From the NCBI GenBank assembly GCA_963806535.1, contig CAWDYC010000007.1, forward strand, positions 32,001-96,000: 64,000 bases of DNA, in the 5' to 3' direction. The notes beneath the pieces are model-generated. The model did no database searches, had not been told where the DNA came from, and saw only the letters and a list, made by a program, of their open reading frames with translations. This DNA is from Candidatus Bathyarchaeota archaeon. GTDB lineage: Archaea; Thermoproteota; Bathyarchaeia; Bathyarchaeales; Bathycorpusculaceae. The position numbers and the translations under genes were made by a program. Below are positions 32,665 to 43,818 of the stretch, piece by piece (the first letter of the stretch is position 1; the number at the start of each line of letters is the position of its first letter).

Positions 32665-33969
32665 ATGACAAAAGTTTCAGAGCTCCAAAAAGGCAAGCCA
32701 GAAGTTTACGAGACACGAGAAAATTGGCCACCCTACACTTACAGGGACTATCCGGGTATAGAACCAGAAACCTACAAAGCCTTCATGAACTTTTTAAATA
32801 CTGAGAACACATCAGGCAGATTAATGGAACTCCAGCCTTGGATTTCTGTTTGCGATTCAAGATGTGCCTTCTGCTATTTCCCAACAACTGCCACAAGCAA
32901 GGTAAAGATAGAACCTTACCTTGAACTGCTCAAAAAAGAATTGATGATGTACGCTAAAACCAAATATGTGAAGACGAGCATGTTTGATGAAATAGTTTTA
33001 GGCGGCGGAACACCAAGTGTCTTGGCTGCTGAGCAAATGATTGATTTAATCGACTTCTGTAAAGCAAACTTCAACATTAACAAGGAATATTTCATTAAAG
33101 TCACTGGTTCCTCAAAAACATTGGCGCTTCCAAAAATCGATAAACTGGCTAAGTATGGGGTTTATCAGATGGACATGGGCGCTCAAACCTTTGATGATAA
33201 ACTAAGAAAAAACCTATGCTTACCTGACAACGCTGCAGACGTAGAAAAAGCCATTCGGCATGCCCGAAAGCTCGACCTTTGTGTATGTGTGGATTTAATG
33301 TATAATCTTCCAGGGCAGACGATGGAAAGTTGGATCAGCACACTCAAGAAGGCAATTGAACTTGACGTCGAGATTGACGCTTACTCGTTACATGTCGATC
33401 CAGGCACCACGCTTGAAAAGATGATTAAGACAGGGGTCTCTCCTCCACCAGGTGATGCCGAATATGAAAAAGAAATGTACTTAACAGCTTACAAAATGTT
33501 GACTGGGGCTGGCTACAAGGCAGTAGGTCACGACCGTTACAGTCGCGTTGAATGGCATATGCGAGAGAACTGTTTAAACGGTTGGCCATGGGGCGGTATT
33601 TTAACAACTGGGGCAGGTTGCTTCATGGGGTATCTACAGCAGTTTTCATATTCTAACCTTGAAAACATAAACGATTACATGAACACCGTGAAAGATGGAA
33701 AACTGCCTATCAACAGGCTTTCTGAATCTACGACTGAAGACATGATGAGACGAACCATGACAAGGCTATATTTACGCCTGCCAGTCAGCAAAGAAGAGTT
33801 CATGCAAAAATTCGGAACCACACCCGAAAAAGTGTTTCCAAAGCAGCTTCAGAAACTAAAAGATAAAGGATTAATTGAAATCGACGAGAAAGAGGTTAGA
33901 TTAACCAAGTTGGGCGAAGTTTGGAAAGGCAATATCGCTTGGGAATTTGCACCTAACCAAGCAAAATAA
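32665..33969 (+). CDS. HemN-like (class C) radical SAM protein
   Basis: CDSRCAFC, GGGTPS, GAQTF, DLMYNLPGQT and C-terminal RLTKLG. Confidence 0.88.
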   Translation: MTKVSELQKGKPEVYETRENWPPYTYRDYPGIEPETYKAFMNFLNTENTSGRLMELQPWISVCDSRCAFCYFPTTATSKVKIEPYLELLKKELMMYAKTKYVKTSMFDEIVLGGGTPSVLAAEQMIDLIDFCKANFNINKEYFIKVTGSSKTLALPKIDKLAKYGVYQMDMGAQTFDDKLRKNLCLPDNAADVEKAIRHARKLDLCVCVDLMYNLPGQTMESWISTLKKAIELDVEIDAYSLHVDPGTTLEKMIKTGVSPPPGDAEYEKEMYLTAYKMLTGAGYKAVGHDRYSRVEWHMRENCLNGWPWGGILTTGAGCFMGYLQQFSYSNLENINDYMNTVKDGKLPINRLSESTTEDMMRRTMTRLYLRLPVSKEEFMQKFGTTPEKVFPKQLQKLKDKGLIEIDEKEVRLTKLGEVWKGNIAWEFAPNQAK

Positions 33970-34014
33970 TTTTTTTGTTTTTTATTTAAACTAAAAAAGA
34001 AAAGAAAATGGGAT

Positions 34015-34698
34015 TTACTTGTGCCTCATCGGCTGTATACCATACCAGGTCATTACTTTTGCAAGAATTGGCACGATTACTCCTAAAGCAATGCTCGGAA
34101 TGAATGCTAACGTGAATCCGTACAAAAGAGAGCCAGCAGTAACAGCGCCATTTGATTCAAGCCAAAGGTTATGAGCCATAGTTCGTGCCGGTGAAAGTGA
34201 ATAATTGTAGTTCATGAATAGTTGAATTAATGCGGTAATTATTGCTGCTGTTAAGCCTGCACCAAGCATTCGTTTGAAATTTGATGAGCCATTGTTTAGT
34301 GCTCCTGCCATGTAGCCGATTACGACAGCGTTAACAAGGTAGAAAAGCATGCTTAGGTCGCCGAAGAAGTTGTAATTGACAGCTCCTGAGGAATATACTG
34401 CATAAACCGCGGTGAATTGACCCGCGTTTGCTAAGTAGTAGATGCCTCCCATGATAAAGCCTGCTGCACCACCTGCCCATTTATTCCAGAGTAAGCCCAG
34501 TACTAGTGGAATGCCTAGAACGATCATTTGAGCAAAGCCAGAGGTTAGAATAACAGCGATAACGTTTGATTCTCCGAATATATGTTGAGTTCCGCTTACG
34601 TTGACATAGACAGCCAAGAGAAAGATCAGTAATACAAGAATTAATGGTATGATTACGCCGTTGAATATGTCTGTCAGTTTAAATTTTTCTGTTTCCAA
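34015..34698 (-). CDS. Polytopic membrane protein of unknown function (ECF S-component-like size and topology)
   Basis: About 6 hydrophobic helices; GLLWNKWAGGAAGF. Confidence 0.65.
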   Translation of the reverse strand: METEKFKLTDIFNGVIIPLILVLLIFLLAVYVNVSGTQHIFGESNVIAVILTSGFAQMIVLGIPLVLGLLWNKWAGGAAGFIMGGIYYLANAGQFTAVYAVYSSGAVNYNFFGDLSMLFYLVNAVVIGYMAGALNNGSSNFKRMLGAGLTAAIITALIQLFMNYNYSLSPARTMAHNLWLESNGAVTAGSLLYGFTLAFIPSIALGVIVPILAKVMTWYGIQPMRHK

Positions 34699-34887
34699 TT
34701 TTTATCCCTTGACTTATTTACATAGTGGCAAGTTTATAAGCTTAATGCTTGAAAGCTATCGCAATAATTAGTCTAAGATTAAGAAATACTGGACTTAATT
34801 ATGCTCGCAAAAGAAATTTTTGAAATTCTTTACCCAACAAAAGTGGTCAACAAAAATAAAAAAAAGATTAGGGATTTATTTTTCAGT

Positions 34888-37044
34888 TTAAGCGTTTTCT
34901 TCTGCGCGTTTCTTTTTGAGAGTCGCCAACTTAGCTACTTCTTCTTTCTTTACTTCACCTTTAGCTAAGTCTAAGCCCTCGACCAGTTTTGCACCGACAT
35001 CTGACCGCACTATTACAGTTGAACGTCCATCTTCGCTGCCGACTGAGCCAACTGCTACATCAGCATATTTTGAAGCGAAATCAGGACAGCTTAAGCACCC
35101 TTTTTCTACAGCTGCGCCTAATTCTTTAACAGGTATTGAGTTTTCTTTTCCATCAATGACTACAATGAATTTGCCTTTGCGAATCTGAGTTTTTTCTGCT
35201 TTGTCTAGATCAACGTTTAGTAAGCGCTGTACTTCTGATTTGAGGTCTCTATAATTGAAGTCTTCGAAGCAGAACAAGCCTATCATTGTCAATTCTAGAT
35301 CTGGACAGTCACTTAGCATTTGCATCTGGATTCTTCGCGCTGCACGAATTTCGCATGGTGTACCAACAATCGCTATTTTTCGTTTACCTTTTGCAATCAA
35401 TTCGCCAAGCTTTGACATCATTCGCACTCTAACATATTTGGTGCCGCTAGCTTTGACGATGTCTTCGACGTTTTCAGCGACGTATGATTCAGCTAAGTAG
35501 CCTTGGCTTTTTCGAACTACGATTGCCGCATCAAACAAGCCTTTCTGCATACCTGAAACTAGTAATGCTGTAACCACTCCGCCGTCTTGTCCGTTATAGG
35601 AGCTTTTGGCTGAGAAAATTTCTTTGTAGACGCCTAAGTTTTCATCTTGTGTTCCGCTAAGGAATGTTTGCTCTATGACTTGTGCATCTTCTTCATTCAA
35701 TGGATAGTTGAGTATGTTGCTCTTCAGATCTATTCTTGCTGGGCAAACGTAATTGCAGCTTCCACATCCGGCGCAGAAGTCTGCGTCAAGTGCCATCAGT
35801 TCTTTTATGTTGTTTTTATCACGTGCCTGCTTAATCAATATTGGACTTAGTCTATTGCAACAGATACGCATACAAGCGCCACATCTAATGCAAGGGGTGG
35901 TTTTTACGTTTGTGAAGACTTTTCCTTTTGGTAACTTTGGTTCTTTTCCACCTTCAGCGGGTTTAAGTTTTCCTATTTTGTCAAGTTTAGGTACAGTTAG
36001 GTTCATGATGATTAATGCAACAAAGGAGGCTCCGAAGAACTGTAAGTAAGTCTGCATTAGTACGGTTATGATTGCTAAGCCGGTTCCGAAAATTGCTTGT
36101 CCTGTGTAGGTTAGAGGTGTGGTTGCAGGATCTGTTGCCATAAAGAACGCTAAGAATATTGAACTTCCGATGAACAACTCGAACAAAAGTCTAGTAGTGA
36201 GGTCTGAGTCACCATAAGCAAAAGCTAAGATCAGTGACATTACAGCGACAACTACAAGGTAGCTTACGGTTATTCTCCATTTAACGTATCTACGTGCTAT
36301 GGCGAAGAATGCTATACCAACTATGATTACTGCTATAGCTGAAGCACCGCCTGGCCAGCCGTGGAACTTATCTAAGAACATTGTCTGAAGCAAGTTGGTT
36401 GTGTCTGTAGTTGGTGCTTTGAGGTTAGCGTTAGCGAAGCAGTTGATTACATAAGAACCAAACCCTGGATATCCAGTACCTCCATTGCCATTTACGACAT
36501 TGACTAATCCAATAGGGCCTGATAGTGCAGGGACCTGAAGCACAGAGCTTTTTAGGTGATCTAATGCCAATAGCACTGTGCCAAGGAAAGGTATCATAAC
36601 AACGAATTTTGCAGCTGCAGCAGGATTAACGTATTTTCTTCCAGTGGTGCCGACAAGTTTTTTGAAAATCACTAAGCCAATTATCGAAATCAAAGCAACA
36701 TAGAGGAAACAGTCAGGTGCTTGTAAAGGAAGTACTTTATCCATGGCCATAGTAGGCATGCCGAGAGAGTAGGAGTCAGTGACAATTAATCCAAAAACAG
36801 CGGCAGACATGACATTAAGCGGGCTATCGGCGGTAACCTTGTACAATAAAGCATCAAGTCCAACGGCAAAACCTACAGCGATTATAGCATTGATACCTAA
36901 AGTAAGACCTAGATTCCAACCTGAAGGGGTTTTCTCAGCAGACCATATAATTGAGGTGATAACAGTGAGTGCGAGTAGCGCTATGAATGTGTAAATCATT
37001 AGTTTATCTTTAGTCATCGATGAATATTCTTTCGGTTTAGACAT
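34888..37044 (-). CDS. Fusion protein: RnfD/NqrB-like membrane domain + 2[4Fe-4S] domain + FrhB/FdhB F420-binding domain
   Basis: NPAAAAK and FFMATDPATTP (RnfD); CIRCGACMRICC and CAGCGSCNYVCP (RnfC-type dicluster); GQDGGVVTALL, VGTPC, IGLFC, GCLSCPDF and DVAVGSVGS (FrhB). Confidence 0.85.
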   Translation of the reverse strand: MSKPKEYSSMTKDKLMIYTFIALLALTVITSIIWSAEKTPSGWNLGLTLGINAIIAVGFAVGLDALLYKVTADSPLNVMSAAVFGLIVTDSYSLGMPTMAMDKVLPLQAPDCFLYVALISIIGLVIFKKLVGTTGRKYVNPAAAAKFVVMIPFLGTVLLALDHLKSSVLQVPALSGPIGLVNVVNGNGGTGYPGFGSYVINCFANANLKAPTTDTTNLLQTMFLDKFHGWPGGASAIAVIIVGIAFFAIARRYVKWRITVSYLVVVAVMSLILAFAYGDSDLTTRLLFELFIGSSIFLAFFMATDPATTPLTYTGQAIFGTGLAIITVLMQTYLQFFGASFVALIIMNLTVPKLDKIGKLKPAEGGKEPKLPKGKVFTNVKTTPCIRCGACMRICCNRLSPILIKQARDKNNIKELMALDADFCAGCGSCNYVCPARIDLKSNILNYPLNEEDAQVIEQTFLSGTQDENLGVYKEIFSAKSSYNGQDGGVVTALLVSGMQKGLFDAAIVVRKSQGYLAESYVAENVEDIVKASGTKYVRVRMMSKLGELIAKGKRKIAIVGTPCEIRAARRIQMQMLSDCPDLELTMIGLFCFEDFNYRDLKSEVQRLLNVDLDKAEKTQIRKGKFIVVIDGKENSIPVKELGAAVEKGCLSCPDFASKYADVAVGSVGSEDGRSTVIVRSDVGAKLVEGLDLAKGEVKKEEVAKLATLKKKRAEENA

Positions 37045-37256
37045 TTTACAATCTCCTTAATTTCTGCCTTCAATTTAGGGCTAGTTGGTTTTATAAGACT
37101 TTCCCAAAACGTAATGGCAGTTCTATATTTAGTATAGAAGATATAGGAAATAGAAAAACTTTGACTCTTTTTACTTGTGATGTTAGAAAGCAAAATCTGA
37201 TAAGCAAAGCTAATACGGATAAACTGCCAAAGTCAATTTGTAAGTGAATCTTCAGC

Positions 37257-37712
37257 ATGACTAAGGCGAATAACGTTGAACTTGAAGGAACTACATTAAA
37301 CGTTTATTTACACGTGGTAAAAAAGGGCAAACCAGTAGGCCCAAGAGATGTCATGAAAGCTTTGAACCTAAGCAGCCCTAGCGTAGCCTACAGACACTTA
37401 CAGAAACTGGAAGACCTAAGCTATCTTCAAAAAAATGATTACGGCGAATACATAGCAAAAAACAAAGCACCCATAAGAGGTTACTTTTGGCTCGGTCGAC
37501 GTTTACTGCCGGTAATGTGGCGTTACTCCATTGTTTTCCTAGGCATTTTAATAGTAGAGAGTTATGTTCTTGCTGTGCATTTTCCAGTTGAGACTTATGA
37601 GTTTAAAGTTTTCTTTTTGCTGCTGATGCTCATTACCGGTTTAGCATTGATCATTTTTACAATTGAAGGATTTCTTCAAAACAAGCGTAAACGAAAAAGC
37701 ATAGATGAATAA
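37257..37712 (+). CDS. Winged-helix protein with two C-terminal TM helices
   Basis: GKPVGPRDVMKALNLSSPSVAYRHLQKL followed by two hydrophobic segments. Confidence 0.8.
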   Translation: MTKANNVELEGTTLNVYLHVVKKGKPVGPRDVMKALNLSSPSVAYRHLQKLEDLSYLQKNDYGEYIAKNKAPIRGYFWLGRRLLPVMWRYSIVFLGILIVESYVLAVHFPVETYEFKVFFLLLMLITGLALIIFTIEGFLQNKRKRKSIDE

Positions 37713-37863
37713 ACACCTATAAGACTGCAAATTTAGGTCTCCTAAGAAAAATAACAATTATATATTGAACCAAGCTTCCTCAGTTCACTAAGAAACAGAA
37801 AATCGGTTTCCAAGAGCAAGTTTTATATCGACTATGCTAATTTACCTTGACAATGTGAATTCA

Positions 37864-38979
37864 ATGAATAATTCAATGAATCCAATTACTGCCCCGTTAT
37901 TCATGGTTGTTTGGCGATGTACCCGCGGTTGTGTGGGCAGTTGCACATATTGTAGTTATATCAAAGAATATGCTAAAGACAAAGAACTAAACACTGAGCA
38001 AGCCAAACACATGGTTGATGAAATGGCAGAGTTCGGCTCACAATGGCTAGGAATCAGCGGCGGAGAACCCCTGATTCGACCTGACGTATGGGAAGTTATT
38101 GAATACGCAGAGAAAAAGCATGACATGAAAGTCAGCTTGATCACAAGCGGCTATGCATGGGACGAGAAACGCTTTGATTTATTGCGCAAATATGAAGTCC
38201 ACACTGCCATCAGCATTGATGGAGATAAAGAGTCAAATGACAAAATCAGGCGCAAGGGCGGCTATGACCAAGCCGTGCATGCAATGGAGAAACTTAGCAG
38301 CGTGGGCCTACTAGATTGCTTAGTTACAACCATGACTAAGTTTAATATTGACAAGATGGCTCATCCGGCTATGTTGGCGGAGAAATACAGTGCCCGCATG
38401 CTCGTTTACCATAACTTGGTTCCAGTTGGTAGAGCAGGAGAACATATGGAGGAAATAGCTCCATCACCAGAACAATACGAAACGGCATTCAACGAAATCT
38501 ATGATATCCAACGCAAACTCTACGGAAAAGTAAAAGTCAACGTCTACGCACCCTTCTACGCCCGTATCGTACGCCAAAAAAACCCAGTTGACTTCTGGCA
38601 ATGGTACAATGAAGGCTACCTCGGTAAATGTACCATCGGCGGCAACTACATTGGCATAACCGAAAACGGCGACTACCGAAGCTGCGGCTTCCACGAAGGC
38701 TACCGTATCGGCAACGTCAAAGACAAGAAACTGCGCACCGCATGGGATGAATTACAGAAGAGCGAACTGCACCTAAAGTTGCGCGACAAAAACAACCTCA
38801 AAGGCAGATGCGGAATTTGTGAGTACCGAGAAATCTGCGGCGGATGCCGAACACGCGCTGAATACTATACAGGCGACCTATTCGAATCAGATCCAGCATG
38901 CAATTACATACCTAAGGTGCTCCGCGAAGACCCCAAAATACTTGAAGAAATGCGCAAAACCGCGTGCAAAAAACAATAA
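37864..38979 (+). CDS. Radical SAM/SPASM protein (paralog of 23394-24468)
   Basis: CVGSCTYC, SGGEPL, SIDG, YHNLVPVGRA and CGICEYREICGGCRTR; start uncertain (37834-37876). Confidence 0.9.
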   Translation: MNNSMNPITAPLFMVVWRCTRGCVGSCTYCSYIKEYAKDKELNTEQAKHMVDEMAEFGSQWLGISGGEPLIRPDVWEVIEYAEKKHDMKVSLITSGYAWDEKRFDLLRKYEVHTAISIDGDKESNDKIRRKGGYDQAVHAMEKLSSVGLLDCLVTTMTKFNIDKMAHPAMLAEKYSARMLVYHNLVPVGRAGEHMEEIAPSPEQYETAFNEIYDIQRKLYGKVKVNVYAPFYARIVRQKNPVDFWQWYNEGYLGKCTIGGNYIGITENGDYRSCGFHEGYRIGNVKDKKLRTAWDELQKSELHLKLRDKNNLKGRCGICEYREICGGCRTRAEYYTGDLFESDPACNYIPKVLREDPKILEEMRKTACKKQ

Positions 38980-39042
38980 ACTCTTTTTTGTTTCCTTCAA
39001 TTTTATTTCTAATTATCTCGTAATCAATCAAAATTTTTAGTT

Positions 39043-41363
39043 TCAGGTTTGTGTTTGGTTAAAGTTATTCAGAATTTTGAAGATGTCATAACGGTCGTTT
39101 GAGTAGATTAGTTGCAGAAATTTGCAGCGAATCATGTTAGGATCAAGTTGGTTTTTGTCATAAACTATGAATTCAATGTTGTTTTCGGCAATGTAATTTT
39201 TGTAATCTCTTGAAGATACTGTAAATTGGTCAGGTTTGTAGTTAAAGAGGCTTTGCAGATTGTTTTGCTGCAGTGCCGGGAAACTGTTTTTGGTAAGAGT
39301 TAGAACTTGGTATTGCCGTGCAATTGTCTGGTTGGCGTTAATTTCGTTGAATTGATATTGGAATCTTACAGCATCTATCTGCCTGTTTGTCAAGGCACCG
39401 ACGTTTCCCCAGTCGGGTAAATCGGTGAAGTTAAAAGCATATGCAAGCTGATTTTTGTCGTCGTAGAGTCCTATGTAATTATCCGTTGAATCAGAGTTCG
39501 TAAAAGGTGCAACCGCCCATTCTTTTCCAACTGGACCACCAATAATTTTTGAAGGCAACGTCCCATGGATTAATCCAATTCATAAGTTGAGGTATCTGAG
39601 CTTTCTCAAAGTCAAATTGAAGATTAAAAGAAGTTGTCAAATACAGAATCACGTTGGATATGTCGCTTTGCAAGGGGTGTTACTGCCCAAGATATACCTA
39701 TCGCGTAACTGTCATTTTGAACAAGCATTGTTTGCGTTAAGTCTACATAATCGTTCGAGTATGTCAACGTTAAATTCTTTGGGTAGCTTTGGTCATTAAA
39801 AGAAATTTCTTTTTTCAAATCAGATAAAGGAAACGTGCAGTTTTTGCCGTTTTGTATAAAGGAAAGAAAATCTCCGTCACTTTTAGAAACTGATATTTGA
39901 TACCACACTTGATCTATCGAGACATAATTTTCGTCGGTAACTAAACCTTTAGCTTCGTAGGCTCTTATCAAGTTTTGCGGATCTTGGATTTCATAAGATA
40001 AACTCAAAACTGATTCCGCAATTTCTGTTCTTTGAACAGTCGGATCAGTTTGCGCAATTATGTTTTTTCCCGAAAAGGTTGAAAACCAAAAGCCCGGAAT
40101 TTCTGTGACGACGGCTGTGGCGTTACCCGGATAGTTTTGGCTTAGCCAGACTCCTGCATCACAGGCTTTTATGTCAGTTGTCGAGTAGTAAACGCTAGCT
40201 TCCATGATTTTTCCATACACTGTGTCTGAACGAAAAACAAGAGATAATGAGAACAAAATGATTATAGTAATAGTCAGGATTTTTAACCAATTTTTCCTAA
40301 AGATTTGTCTATTTTTGGAGTAAGATGCTTCGAATTTATCCATTATGAAGACAAGAGTAACCCCAGCAAAAATTGCCATCGGGGGCGTCAAGTAATAAAT
40401 GAACCACTGAAATGGCATAAAAAAACCAATCAGGTAAGATTCAGCAAAAAATAGAGGAACAAAAAAACTAAGCATCAAAATAAGATAAAAAATTGGTTTC
40501 TTCTTTTGTTTTAAAATGTAGTAGGAGAGGATTATTCCAGCTAAAGCAAAGAAGAAAATAAAGCCGAAATTTTCTATGAAAGAACTGAAATTTACGTATG
40601 GAATTTGGTAAGCGTAAGTTTTTATCTCAAAAAATACGTATTTTATTACTAAGTCAAGGTAACCTATCATCGCTTGAAAATAATAAAGGAAGAAAGCAAT
40701 TCCCCCGCCTAAAATAAGAGCTATTATAACTTTAAGGTATGAGCCTCTAGATTTTATTAACATGAAAAGGAGAACTGGAGGTAATATGAAAACGGCAAGG
40801 AAGGCAGCAAGCTGATGAGACAATACTAGGGAAAACGCAGCAAAAAAAGCCACCATAAGGTATCCAAAATGCTCTGCTGCTAAAGTAGAATAAAGTAAAA
40901 CTAAAAGCATAAACACCAGAGCAAGAACCGTGGTGTAACCGCCAAACGCATTTACCTCATACATAGGAACACACATCAACAACAAAACGGCCGCGACAGC
41001 GCCGACTTTTTTACTGAAAAATTTACTTGCAACTAGGTAAACGGAGAGGAAAAGAAGCCAATCAATTATCACCGCTAAAGCCTTTACCAAAAAAATTAGT
41101 TGCCCAATATTACTTGCGCCACTTAAAGAAATGAACATTGCAAGAACAAGTTCGTAAAGCGGAGGAGTCCAACCTAAGTTAACTAAAGGTATTTTTCCTG
41201 TTTCAAGGAAGATTTGGGCTTTCTTCAAATGCACGGAAGAGTCATTTCCTAAAACCACACCATTCATTGAAATAAAGGTAAAGAAAATGCTGAAAATTAG
41301 GACTGAGAAAACTATGATAAACAGGATTTCAATTTGTCGCTCTTTGGACAATTTACCCATCAA
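39043..41363 (-). CDS. GT-C-like polytopic membrane protein with extracellular domain (frameshifts near 39550-39670)
   Basis: GNDSSVH, TPPLY and LSHQL; about 12 TM segments followed by a soluble domain; paralog of the upstream gene. Confidence 0.72.
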
Positions 41364-41371
41364 GGTTACAG

Positions 41372-43696
41372 CTAACTCCCCGCGATATTGATGTTCTCTT
41401 TAACCTTAAAGATGGCTATTTCACTGTTAATAAATACAAGGCTAAAGTTGGGGTCCTGCAGAAATTTTGGTTGGATTTCAATATTTCTGCAAACAATGTA
41501 AGATACATTGTTGGTTTGCATCGCAGTTCTGTAGTCAAACCATTCCTTAAAATCTACAGTTGCTTGGATTTTAGTGGAATTTAAGTTGGCAGCAATCACA
41601 GGGAGGAAATAGTTGTTTATGCTTTCGCTATTTTTGTAAATATCAGGGTTGTTATCGGCGGAGTAAGCACTTGCTAAAATTTGGATTTGACCGTATGAAA
41701 AGTTTTGGAATTGATATTCTAAATCGATTAAACGTGGATCTGCAACTTTTGTAGTCACATTTGGCTGATTAACGTTGAAAACTAATTGACCAAACGTTTT
41801 CACGCCTACATCTAATAAAGCAATTGTTTTTTTGTCATCGAATGGTATTTGCGTTCCCTTGCTTTGAACATCGATATTATTCCATAGCAAGGAGACGCCC
41901 GGAATAGTGCTTTCTATAGTTGAAGTCAAGTTAACGAAAAGCAATCCCTTGTAAACAGTTGTAAACTGTGTGTAATTAAAGAAATCGTTGCCTCTAGTAA
42001 CAATAATTGTCTTATGGTCATTGAAATTCTCAAAACTCATCCCTTCCACCGCGAGCTGATCCAAATAGACGGATTGAGGGATTCCGTTAATCGTGTACCT
42101 GATTTCGTTTTGACTACTGTCAAAAGTAAAAAATGAAAATGGGAAATAAGTCCAGTTGAGCGTGGCCAAAATTTCAGGATTATGTCTTGCTATATAGCCA
42201 CCATCTTCTCGAACCTGTACTAAATTGTTATCAATTAAGTAATCGGTGTCAAGGAGGTAACTGGCATTCTTTGCATATGGAAGCTCTCTTGCAAGGGTCA
42301 AATATTGAGGGTCAACAGCACTCAATGTTGGCCTCAGGGCAAATCCACCTAACCACCAGCCATAGAGTGCATCAGAAACAAATACGGATCCGGGTTGAGT
42401 ATTTTGTTTGATCCAATTAATCGCTTGGTAACCAGGATTATCCATAACTTGATAGAAACTTTGGTCTGTAGTGCCTTGCCAAGGAGTCATAAAAATTGGA
42501 AAGGAAAAGATGCATATGAGCACTATAACTACTATGAAAGAAGCATAGAGTGTTTTTTGGGTTATATGGCTTAAGACCTTATCTAGTGTTTTGTGTACGT
42601 TTTTTGTTGTTTTCTGAAGTTGACTCGTTAAAATATGGTAATTATTTATAATATGTGCTAAGAAAAAGGAACCTCGTTCCATGAACATGCCAATAAGTAG
42701 CATAACTGGTAAAACAAGGAAGTAAAGAAACCTATTGTAATCTACAATGAGCCCAAACAGGAATCCTTGAGTAAGCACAGTGGGAACAAGTAACCACATG
42801 AAAAGCAGTAACGCTGGAAGGGAAAGAAATCGACCTCTATATTCTTTTGACAAGAAGAAGAACAAGAACGTACAGGCGAAAAGCGGCAATATTAAGGTGA
42901 GAGGAAGCAGTCTTGTGGAAAGAATTGCTGAGTTAATTGCAGAGATATCAATGAACGAAGAGTTAGAACTCAAATAGGCTGGAACAGCGTTTACCAAAAA
43001 AGGCGAAACGAGAACAGCCCCAAGAACAAGCGGAAGTAGCCAATAGAATATATGTTTTCTTGAAGTGCCAAACGTTTTTGGAGAAATCATAGTCACTAAT
43101 ACTGTTGCAGCCGTTATGGCTACGAATACGGCCGCACTCAACGAGTGTGTGAGGTAAATTGAACCTACTAAAATAGAGGTTGAGACAAGAAAGGGTGTTA
43201 GCGTAAACCTATCTTTTTGCAAGTACAAGTAGAAAGCTACTGGAATTAAGAGCAGAGTAATTATGTTAGGGTAGCCTCCCCAAAGAAGTATTTCCATGTC
43301 GGGTCTAGAGATTGCAACTATGAAAGCTACTATAAAGGCACCCGATTCTGTCCAGCAGCTTTTTGTTATTAAGAAAGCGCCGAGAACGAGGAGGGAGGAA
43401 AACAAAGCTACAATAACAGTTTGCGCTATGTAACTAGGCATTCCAGTCATTATTATAATTCCTGCAGCGAAAATGTGGTATCCTGGAAAAGTCAAAGATA
43501 AGCCACCTCCCATCTGGTAATTATTCCATAAAAAATTAGTATTACCCGATTGAGTTATTGAATTAATGACGCTGTTATGTAAGCCTATGTCTGCGCCTGG
43601 TGGATAAGAAGTCCACAGCATTATAATCATTCGGTAGGCGAAGGCAAAAGCAAAAATCATAAGTAGTAAGATATGTTTTCTGGTCGCTTTGAACAT
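41372..43696 (-). CDS. GT-C-like polytopic membrane protein with extracellular domain
   Basis: GADIGLH, FPGYH, WGGYPN, LTHSL and AINWIKQNT motifs. Confidence 0.75.
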   Translation of the reverse strand: MFKATRKHILLLMIFAFAFAYRMIIMLWTSYPPGADIGLHNSVINSITQSGNTNFLWNNYQMGGGLSLTFPGYHIFAAGIIIMTGMPSYIAQTVIVALFSSLLVLGAFLITKSCWTESGAFIVAFIVAISRPDMEILLWGGYPNIITLLLIPVAFYLYLQKDRFTLTPFLVSTSILVGSIYLTHSLSAAVFVAITAATVLVTMISPKTFGTSRKHIFYWLLPLVLGAVLVSPFLVNAVPAYLSSNSSFIDISAINSAILSTRLLPLTLILPLFACTFLFFFLSKEYRGRFLSLPALLLFMWLLVPTVLTQGFLFGLIVDYNRFLYFLVLPVMLLIGMFMERGSFFLAHIINNYHILTSQLQKTTKNVHKTLDKVLSHITQKTLYASFIVVIVLICIFSFPIFMTPWQGTTDQSFYQVMDNPGYQAINWIKQNTQPGSVFVSDALYGWWLGGFALRPTLSAVDPQYLTLARELPYAKNASYLLDTDYLIDNNLVQVREDGGYIARHNPEILATLNWTYFPFSFFTFDSSQNEIRYTINGIPQSVYLDQLAVEGMSFENFNDHKTIIVTRGNDFFNYTQFTTVYKGLLFVNLTSTIESTIPGVSLLWNNIDVQSKGTQIPFDDKKTIALLDVGVKTFGQLVFNVNQPNVTTKVADPRLIDLEYQFQNFSYGQIQILASAYSADNNPDIYKNSESINNYFLPVIAANLNSTKIQATVDFKEWFDYRTAMQTNNVSYIVCRNIEIQPKFLQDPNFSLVFINSEIAIFKVKENINIAGS

Positions 43697-43818
43697 TTGC
43701 TCCCCCGCCTTTCTCTTATTTTATGGTTTTAGGATTGATGAAATGTTGGTCAAACTTTAAATATGAAATTCGAGTATAAAAAGCCCAGAGTAACTAAAAA
43801 GGAAAACAAGGTGTTTAA

